A DNA stretch of 24,000 bases. Origin: Desulfurococcales archaeon (GTDB lineage Archaea > Thermoproteota > Thermoprotei_A > Sulfolobales > AG1). The notes under the pieces were generated by a model. It did not search any database. It was not told the origin of the DNA and saw nothing but the letters and a program-made list of their open reading frames with translations. Below are positions 17,369 to 24,000 of this stretch, one piece after another; the first letter of the stretch is position 1, and the number at the start of each line of letters is the position of its first letter. The translations under genes were made by a program, and so were the position numbers. The stretch lies in NCBI GenBank assembly GCA_032249255.1, contig JAVVGE010000012.1, forward strand, positions 7,321 through 31,320, given 5' to 3'.

Positions 17369-17800
17369 CCGCTTGTCCCTCGATGGTTATTGATTATCGC
17401 TGATATTCATTTGTTTTGGATTGCTTTGCCTCTTGATCCACAGGGTTTCTAGCCCTGTGGCATCGGGGGACTTCCACCTCCCCCACAGAGATCTTGGGAT
17501 CTCTATGGGCTCACCGGTGGCTGTGGAGCACAGCGGAAAGAGGCTCCCATCTATCCTAGATCCCGAGGCTCTATTGGGGCAGAGCCCCCATCTAGAGCCT
17601 CGGTCTCGGGAGCTCAAGCATCATAGCATCCCGAGGTCTCTCCATGCCCAGGTCTAGCAGAGATTATCGCCTCATCATCAATACAATTATGGATCGGATA
17701 CTTATAAGCTTAACCCAGACAGCAAACAAATATAAAAGCATCCCCACTATCATGAAAAAAAGATACAGCCCGTCCTTCAAAGCGGGGAGAAGGTTATTTA
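17369..17800 (-). mobile_element. Miniature derivative (E3) of the family-A tnpB element: left end + AT box + ATGATGAGG + complete 3' (guide-RNA-type) module
   Basis: 17369-17554 is an inverted copy of 16308-16493, with about 8 mismatches in 186 bp by eye. Weaker similarity extends to ~17606/~16253. The reverse complement of 17728-17787 matches 14804-14861. ORF 17387..17617(-) is simply the copied tnpB C-terminus (PLCSTATGEPIEI.RSLWGRWKSPDATGLETLWIKRQSNPKQMNISDNQ). Confidence 0.7.
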
Positions 17801-17801
17801 G

Positions 17802-18038
17802 CTAGTACTTTTCTACTATAACTGAGGTGATAGTCTTTCTGATGCCTTGGATCGGTAGGATCGAATCCTTAACCACTCTGAGAGCTGTCTCTATATCCTT
17901 GGCCTCTACCCTTACAACAAGATCATACTCGCCCGTGATGCTCATAACCTCCTTGACGCCTGCTATATTCTTTAAAGCCCTGCCCACGCTATCTAGCCTA
18001 CCAGGATCAACTACTATAAATACTAGAACCTCTGCCAT
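17802..18038 (-). CDS. Stand-alone Lrp/AsnC-type ligand-binding (RAM) domain protein
   Basis: 78 aa. AEVLVFIVVDPGRLDSVGRALKNIAGVKEVMSITGEYDLVVRVEAKDIETAL matches the beta-alpha-beta-beta-alpha-beta RAM domain pattern of Lrp/AsnC regulators, and there is no HTH. Confidence 0.75.
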   Translation of the reverse strand: MAEVLVFIVVDPGRLDSVGRALKNIAGVKEVMSITGEYDLVVRVEAKDIETALRVVKDSILPIQGIRKTITSVIVEKY

Positions 18039-18352
18039 TAGAGCCCCTAGCTATTTTTGCATCAGGGTTAATAACCCTACCTAAGCGTATGGGAGGGAAT
18101 ATAGCTTTCTCTCACTCTGAAGACGGGATCGGCTAGCCATGGGAAATGGGTATTGATTAGCGGTTATAGGCATTTGAGGCATGATTCGCTATAGATGGTA
18201 TAAGAGCATCTCTAGCAATATAAGGAGATATGGTTTGAATCCAGTAACGTCGTGCGGGCAAAATTCTTAGTTGTTTACTCTAAAATGGTTTTGTTTAGTC
18301 TGGCCTAGATATCGCATTGCCATGATTGTTGGGGTTATTGAGAAAATAAGGA

Positions 18353-20290
18353 TCAGATCTTCTCTATGGGGTTTATACCTAGGGCCTTCAGCCCTTTTCC
18401 CAGCACCTGTCTAACTCCCCTTACTAGATGTACTTTGTACGCCCTCACCCCAGGGTTCGGCTCTCTAATCACCTGATCCTCTTGATACCAGGAGTTAAAA
18501 AGATCTGAGATTCTTATAAGCATGGATGCTATGTCCTCAGGCTTTAGCTCGTCTATAGCCTTTGTCAATGTTGTTGGGGCCCTAGAGATCTCTATTAAAA
18601 GCTGTCTTCTCTTCTGGTTCTCCTCAGCAGCGCTGTAATCAACCTCATCCAGGCCCGGGATCTTCCCAGCCTTCTCCAGTATGCTTGATGCCCTAGCATA
18701 TGTATACATGATATATGGCGCGGAGTTTCTCTCGAAGTTAAGTGCATCCTCAATCTTAAACACCATGGGCTTTGACGCCGATACAGAGACGAGGGAGTAT
18801 TTAACCGCAGACACCCCTATAACATTCGCAACGTGCTCCCCAATCCCCTCAGACCCCCTTTCCCTCAGTATCTCCATGCTCCTCGCTACTGACGTCTCGA
18901 GCACCTCGTCCAGGGTTACATATCTTCCTCTTCTCCCACTCATTCTCTGCCCTGGGAGGGATACTATTTCATAGCTATAGTGTATCAGGTTGGAGGCCTC
19001 TCTCTTATATCCAAGTGCGTATAGGGCTAGCCTCAGCTGTGCTTGTGGTAGGAGCTGCTCAGATGCTATTATGTTTATAACATAATCAGCCCCCGATTCT
19101 CTGAACTTCTTTATACTGTACCCAATATCCCTAACAGTATATAGGGTTGTCTCATCACTCCTCATAAGGATTAGAGGAGGTATCTCCAAGGTTTTCGGGA
19201 GCCTCAGTTCCTCCCTTATCCCCGGCGCTCTCAGTAGATCGTTGAATATTAGGGCTGGGGCCCCCTTATAATTGCCATAGTATTTCGAGGATCTCGCTGC
19301 CTGGATCACCTGCTCCACTATCCCCTCCCACGCTAGATCACTCTCGAAGTCCCACTTATCGAATTCAGCTCCCATCAGACTCAGGGTTTTTCTGAACCCT
19401 CTGAGGCATAGCTCGACAGCTCCTCTGAACGCCTTAATGACCTCTGGGTCTGATGCCTTCTCATAGGATGCCATGAGTCTCGAGATCTCCTCCTCGGGGT
19501 TCTCCAGGCTGGATAGCTTCTCCATGAGTGTGTTAAAGATCTGTGGGTGTTTCTCGCTCAGCCTCGCTGCATCTGATAATAAACTGTCTAGTTCTTTGAG
19601 CTTCTCCATGTATCCCTCGGGATCTTTTTCCCTTAGCTCCTCAAGACCCCTCTTGATCGAGAGGATCTCTAGTATAACGTTCGTCGATGCATATATATAT
19701 CCGATCCAATGATCCTCCTTAACATCCTCAGGAGGATCAGGCATACCCAGAGCCATGAAACCCAGCACCATTATGGCTACCTGCCTACCCATATCATTCA
19801 CATAGAACCTAGTCTCAACCACGTGCCCCCTGAGCCTCAGCATAGATGCAATAGCTATCCCGAGAGCAGCGTTCCTCCCAGAGCCTATATGAAGAGGATG
19901 AACAGGATTCGCAGACACATACTCAACAACATATCTCCTCGGCTCCCTAGTCCTCACAACACCATATCCCTCCCCATAAGCCTCGATAGATCTGAAAGTA
20001 ACCCTAGCCAACTCCGAAACATCTAGCCAAATATCAAGGTAACCCGAGATCGCAGAGAACCTCCTAACATACCTATTCCCCGAGAGCATAGCGCCTATAG
20101 CGCCCTCCAAATCCCCCTGTGATAAACCGCTCTTCTTAAGCACACCGTGGAGCGGTATAGCTAGATCCCCCAACTCAGGCCTCGGAGGAATCTCTATTCT
20201 TAGATCATCATCAGAAACCCTGAGAAAAGAAGCCACACCCCTCCTAACAAGCCCAGCAACATAGCTAAAAGGCTCCTCAGGAATCTCCAC
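18353..20290 (-). CDS. argS: Arginyl-tRNA synthetase
   Basis: VEYVSANPVHPLHIGSGRNAALG (HIGH region), FYVNDMGRQV and a C-terminal DALR-type anticodon-binding region (SAPYIMYTYARASSIL) are present. GTG start. Confidence 0.9.
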   Translation of the reverse strand: MEIPEEPFSYVAGLVRRGVASFLRVSDDDLRIEIPPRPELGDLAIPLHGVLKKSGLSQGDLEGAIGAMLSGNRYVRRFSAISGYLDIWLDVSELARVTFRSIEAYGEGYGVVRTREPRRYVVEYVSANPVHPLHIGSGRNAALGIAIASMLRLRGHVVETRFYVNDMGRQVAIMVLGFMALGMPDPPEDVKEDHWIGYIYASTNVILEILSIKRGLEELREKDPEGYMEKLKELDSLLSDAARLSEKHPQIFNTLMEKLSSLENPEEEISRLMASYEKASDPEVIKAFRGAVELCLRGFRKTLSLMGAEFDKWDFESDLAWEGIVEQVIQAARSSKYYGNYKGAPALIFNDLLRAPGIREELRLPKTLEIPPLILMRSDETTLYTVRDIGYSIKKFRESGADYVINIIASEQLLPQAQLRLALYALGYKREASNLIHYSYEIVSLPGQRMSGRRGRYVTLDEVLETSVARSMEILRERGSEGIGEHVANVIGVSAVKYSLVSVSASKPMVFKIEDALNFERNSAPYIMYTYARASSILEKAGKIPGLDEVDYSAAEENQKRRQLLIEISRAPTTLTKAIDELKPEDIASMLIRISDLFNSWYQEDQVIREPNPGVRAYKVHLVRGVRQVLGKGLKALGINPIEKI

Positions 20291-20357
20291 AGCAACTTAC
20301 CAAATAGATGCTATACACTAGAACTAATAAGCAGGAACTAGGAGCTCGCCACACACG

Positions 20358-20459
<102 letters not shown>

Positions 20460-20617
20460 AAAAATAGTGGTTATACAGAGCTCTTATACCTTTACCCTGA
20501 AATCCACATCCTCGAAGATAGTTAAGGATCTCAGTCTAAAAGTCTTAAGACTATCGCAGCGACCCCAAACAAGGGTTGAAGAAAAGCAATAAAACCCCAG
20601 ATAGAATTAAATAATTG

Positions 20618-20696
20618 GCGGCGGTCGTCTAGCCTGGTCTAGGACGCCGGCCTCCCGAGCCGGCGATCCCGGGTTCAAATCCCGGCCGCCGCACCA
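20618..20696 (+). tRNA. tRNA-Gly (anticodon CCC); CCA encoded
   Basis: It folds as GCGGCGG-UC-GUCU-AGCCUGGUCUA-GGAC-G-CCGGC-CUCCCGA-GCCGG-CGAUC-CCGGG-UUCAAAU-CCCGG-CCGCCGC-A-CCA, a clean cloverleaf. Confidence 0.9.
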
Positions 20697-20761
20697 AGAT
20701 CTTTACTCCTAATGATCCTCATTTATAAATAGGCGATCCTCGGGATCTGAATCCGATCCAT

Positions 20762-22127
20762 TTGGATCGATCTGTTGATCTTCGTGTCCTTCCGATCTCT
20801 CGTGCAGATCGGAAGGAATTTCTGTGTGAATATATGTATAAATATCCCTATGAAGATATCCCCATGATGTGGCTCGATAATATAGATATCAAATCCCTGG
20901 GTGATAGGACAAGGATTTTGATCCTCCAGAGGCTGAGGGAGAGGCTTGGGTATGTGGGTGCCTATAGGGCTCTCGGGATCTCGGACTCATCCCTATCAAG
21001 ATACCTAAGAGCGGAGAGGAGAATACCTGACGAAGTAGTTAGAAGAGCCCTCCAAAACCTAGGGGAGGAGGAGTTTAAACAGATCGTGCAGGGGGAGGAG
21101 AGGCTGAGGGCTGTTGGCATAGTGAGGAAAGACGGATCCATAGACTATGGATTAGCACTACAGCTGATAGCCCTAGCATCAGGGGATGAGTATCTTAAGC
21201 AGGCTATCCTGAGATTCACAGTAGAGCATTTCAGGGAGGATCTTAGGAAGATGCTCGGGCTAGTACCAACAACAATAAAGCTAACATGGGATCAGGGCTT
21301 TGAGGAGTTTCTGAGGGAGAGGAAGAAGAGGATGAAGATCAAAAGCGAAAGCACAATGAAATACTATAGAAACCTATTCAGAAAGCATCTAGAGGGCAAG
21401 ACACTTAGCCAGGATCTAATAGACTATGTGATCAGCCACCCAGTCAAATGGCTTAGAAACGTGTTTAGGCATTATATCCAATATCTATACTATACTAGGA
21501 AGATCTCTCCAGAGACATATGGCTGGATAATGGAGATTGTGCCTAGCAGAAGCTATAGAATGGATGTTAGACCATACCCAATTGATATCGAGGATCTGAG
21601 GAGGACTATGGATTTCCTGAGAGAGGCATAGAAAATACTATGTGGTGTATAGGGCTATGCTTGAGGGGGGACTAAGGCTTAGCCACACACTCCACATGAT
21701 CGAGAACTTCAGCCCAGAAGAGGTTATAGAGATACCAAACACAGCGATAGCTACCAAGAGGCTAGTATGCTTCGATAGCTTCTGCAGATACTATGTAGGC
21801 ATTAGAGAGACTATGAAGCCATGTGAATGGACATATCTATCCAAAGAAACCATGGAAATGATAAGAGGGATAGCGGGGGCTAGGATGAGGAGGCAGGTGA
21901 TCCAGAAATATGCTAGGGAGCACGGGCTACTACCACCAAAAACAATGAGGAAGATCTCTTGGAGGTTGATGATAAAGGCTATGCCAAGAGAGGTCGCTAG
22001 ATTCATACAATCAAGGTTTGGAGAGCTTAAGATCTCTGAAGCCAGGTATGAGGATCTACTTAGCGAAGCCGACCAGCACTACCCGAGATACCTTGAAAAA
22101 CTACGAGGAGAGCTTGGGATAGATTAA
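20762..22127 (+). pseudogene. Archaeal tyrosine integrase (SSV/pNOB8-like family) split by one frameshift near 21612-21641
   Basis: ORFs 20762..21631 and 21642..22127 are contiguous in different frames. The second frame is open from 21621 (ERHRKYYVVYRAMLEGGLRLSH), so a 1-nt indel would join them. The first ORF has an HTH-like segment (LGISDSSLSRYLRAERRIPDEVV). Catalytic-type blocks are GGLRLSH, MRKISWRLM and ARFIQSRFG...EARY. The gene lies 66-137 nt downstream of tRNA-Gly. Confidence 0.7.
20788..20816. promoter_or_regulatory. Perfect 11-bp inverted repeat CCTTCCGATCT-N7-AGATCGGAAGG between tRNA-Gly and the likely integrase ATG (20834)
   Basis: Read directly from the sequence. It sits inside the TTG-started ORF extension of 20762..21631 and upstream of the first ATG (MYKYPYEDIP...). 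Confidence 0.5.
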
Positions 22128-22202
22128 CATGTAACACCATCCAGAAGCCTCTTCCCTGACATTTTTATAGGCTTTTCTATAAGGATTCTAGAGGGTTGCT
22201 GC

Positions 22203-23600
22203 TTGTCTCTAGATTCTGTGCAGAGAGCTCTTGAGGATGTTCCTAGATATGAGGGCTTCCTCACATATTCGGAGCTTGAAAGATCTAGCGAGGAGTTGGT
22301 GAGGGAGTACAGAGATTTTGTAAGGCTTATTGATATAGGATCAACTAGATGTGGCAAAAGGATCAGGGCCCTAGTACTGGGTAACGGCTCTAGGAAAGCT
22401 TTTCTATTCGGCGCTCCACACCCTAACGAGCCTGTGGGGACGCTTGTGCTAGACTACCTATCTTGGAGATTTGCACAGGACGAGAGTCTTAGGAAGGCTC
22501 TTGATTATACGCTGATCATTGTAAAGGTAGCCGATATAGATGGGCTAATACTAAACGAGGGCTGGTTCAAAGGTCCTCTCACAATAGCTAAATATGTTGA
22601 GAACTACTATAGATCTGCTGGAGATGTTCAGATAGAGTGGAGCTTCCCGATAAGGTATAAGAGGCTTTTGTTCGAAAAACCCGTGCCTGAGACTGTGGCG
22701 ATTATGAAGCTTATTGATAGCTATAAGCCTTCTTTCATATATAGTCTCCATAACGCGGGCTTTGGCGGAGTTTATTACTATATATCTGAGGAAGCTCCTC
22801 TACTATATCCCATTTATCAGCTGTATCCAAAGAGTCTTGGAATACCCCTCAGCCTAGGCGAGCCTGAGGTTCCTTGGGCTTCCATGCTCTCTAAAGCTGT
22901 ATATAAGATGGTCTCAACAAAGGATTTCTACGAGTTCCTCGAAGCACAGGGAGTCGATCCTATAGCTGTGATAAGGCATGGAGGGAACAGCTATGACTAT
23001 GCTTCAAACCTAAATCCCAGAGTTTTCGAGCTGGTAGCTGAGGTGCCCTACTTCTACGATCCCAGGGTAGAAGATCTTGATGAGGATCGAATTACCAGAA
23101 GAGAGGCGATTCTGAAGGGTCTGAGCATAAGGGAGGATACATATAGAGTTCTAGAGAAGACGTGGAAAGCTTTAAAAGGGGTGCTTAGAATAGAGGATCC
23201 CTGCTCGGAGGAGGCTAAGTTAGCAGAGTCTATAGAGTATTTCGTTCAGACAGCTCCCAAGTTGATTGAGAGCGAGAAAGCATGGGCCCTCAAAAACCCG
23301 GGACTCAATAGAAGAGCCACGAGAGCGGAGGTATTCGACAACACTTTTGTGGAGGAGTTCTACTCAGCCCTCATCATGGGAATGCTGAAAAGGATTGTGT
23401 TGAAGAAAGATCTTAAGAGGATAGCCTTTGTAAGGCCTGTGATCGAGGATTTTGAGACAGCATTTGAGGAGAGGATCGCCAAACTTGAGAGTAACAAGAG
23501 TTATAGAGTGATCGAGATAGAGAAGCTGGTCAAGGTACAGCTAGCAGCTGGTCTGTATACAATGCTTTATCTCCAGAGCTGTCATTGCAGTACATCTTGA
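22203..23600 (+). CDS. M14-like zinc carboxypeptidase / AstE-AspA superfamily protein
   Basis: FGAPHPNEPVG (HxxE zinc ligands) and YSLHNAGFGG (third His) are spaced as in M14 peptidases. TTG start in the track, and GTG at 22218 is possible. Confidence 0.65.
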   Translation: MSLDSVQRALEDVPRYEGFLTYSELERSSEELVREYRDFVRLIDIGSTRCGKRIRALVLGNGSRKAFLFGAPHPNEPVGTLVLDYLSWRFAQDESLRKALDYTLIIVKVADIDGLILNEGWFKGPLTIAKYVENYYRSAGDVQIEWSFPIRYKRLLFEKPVPETVAIMKLIDSYKPSFIYSLHNAGFGGVYYYISEEAPLLYPIYQLYPKSLGIPLSLGEPEVPWASMLSKAVYKMVSTKDFYEFLEAQGVDPIAVIRHGGNSYDYASNLNPRVFELVAEVPYFYDPRVEDLDEDRITRREAILKGLSIREDTYRVLEKTWKALKGVLRIEDPCSEEAKLAESIEYFVQTAPKLIESEKAWALKNPGLNRRATRAEVFDNTFVEEFYSALIMGMLKRIVLKKDLKRIAFVRPVIEDFETAFEERIAKLESNKSYRVIEIEKLVKVQLAAGLYTMLYLQSCHCSTS

Positions 23601-23661
23601 GCTGAGATTAATAATAAATATATAAATTTGGAGGATATAGAATCGTTGGGAGGCGTGTGAT

Positions 23662-24000
23662 ATGTATACAAGTAATTTAGGACTCAAGTTAGGGTCTTTA
23701 ATACTGGCTCTCTCTTTGATAATGATTATTATGATATTCATTATTCAGCCCTCGATCTGGACACAGGCCCAGCAGAGCTCTCTATTGCCAATACAGTGTC
23801 CAAGGACAGGCGGTTCATTGGTTGTGATCCACTGGGGAGATCCTAAGAGCTTCAACCCAGACTCTCAGGTGGATGATGCCCTCTTCGCAATAGCCTCTCA
23901 GATCTATAACAAACTGATCAACCTTGATGTTAACTATAACATAATACCAGAACTAGCCTCCTCATGGGAGGTCTCACCTAATGGGAGTACTTTCACCTTC
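23662..24000 (+). CDS. ABC transporter substrate-binding protein, family 5 (Opp/Dpp peptide/nickel type), N-terminal part; continues beyond the window
   Basis: Absent from the track because it has no stop in the window. Translation from ATG 23662 gives MYTSNLGLKLGSLILALSLIMIIMIFII (signal/anchor)...GGSLVVIHWGDPKSFNPDSQVDDALFAIASQIYNKLINLDVNYNIIPELASSWEVSPNGSTFTF, which is the typical SBP_bac_5 N-terminal signature. Confidence 0.75.
   Translation, partial: MYTSNLGLKLGSLILALSLIMIIMIFIIQPSIWTQAQQSSLLPIQCPRTGGSLVVIHWGDPKSFNPDSQVDDALFAIASQIYNKLINLDVNYNIIPELASSWEVSPNGSTFTF

Noticed and set aside
17387-17617. 76-aa ORF (TTG start) that looks like a small conserved protein
   Set aside because: It is simply the duplicated C-terminal ~55 codons of tnpB inside the miniature element E3. 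It lacks everything upstream of the copied block.
20762-22127. SSV-type integration, in which the int gene is split into int(N)/int(C) by insertion into a tRNA
   Set aside because: The two halves are directly adjacent and separated only by a frameshift. They are not located at opposite ends of an integrated element.
20697-24000. attR: a second copy of the tRNA-Gly 3' half that would delimit an integrated element
   Set aside because: I found no repeat of CCCGGGTTCAAATCCCGG or CGGCCGCCGCACCA by eye anywhere else in the window, so this cannot be claimed here.

Overview
This window looks like a chromosomal segment of an archaeon, probably a thermophilic crenarchaeote (Thermoprotei-like); I cannot name the species. 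The clues are an intron-containing tRNA with encoded CCA, AT-rich TATA-like boxes about 25-30 nt before start codons, heavy AGG/AGA/ATA codon use, and a split, domain-permuted glutamate synthase.

Housekeeping content:
- an eIF-2B-family gene (partial)
- a polytopic membrane protein
- an SCP2-domain protein
- a surface-anchored metallophosphoesterase
- a two-gene glutamate synthase module (FMN domain; GATase-II + GXGXG)
- enolase, CysRS and ArgRS
- a stand-alone Lrp/AsnC RAM-domain protein
- tRNA-Arg(CCU, with intron) and tRNA-Gly(CCC)
- a frameshifted tyrosine integrase next to tRNA-Gly
- an M14-like peptidase
- the start of an Opp/Dpp-type ABC binding protein

The accessory signal is a dense set of tnpB (OrfB, IS200/IS605/IS607 superfamily)-derived sequences:
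- one ~1.7-kb tnpB-only element with a decayed tnpB (14785-16514)
- a 0.43-kb miniature derivative of it (17369-17800) that keeps the left end and the complete 3' module, where TnpB systems encode their guide (omega/re) RNA
- two further miniature elements of a related family (about 2650-3048 and 6393-6744)
- a relic with an internal tnpB fragment (about 488-978)

The 3' module carries a nested hairpin with compensatory base changes between copies. The full element and its miniature derivative face each other across a lone nucleotidyltransferase gene. No CRISPR array, rRNA gene or obvious defence operon was seen. All similarity statements are by-eye alignments, and element boundaries are approximate (about +/-20 bp).
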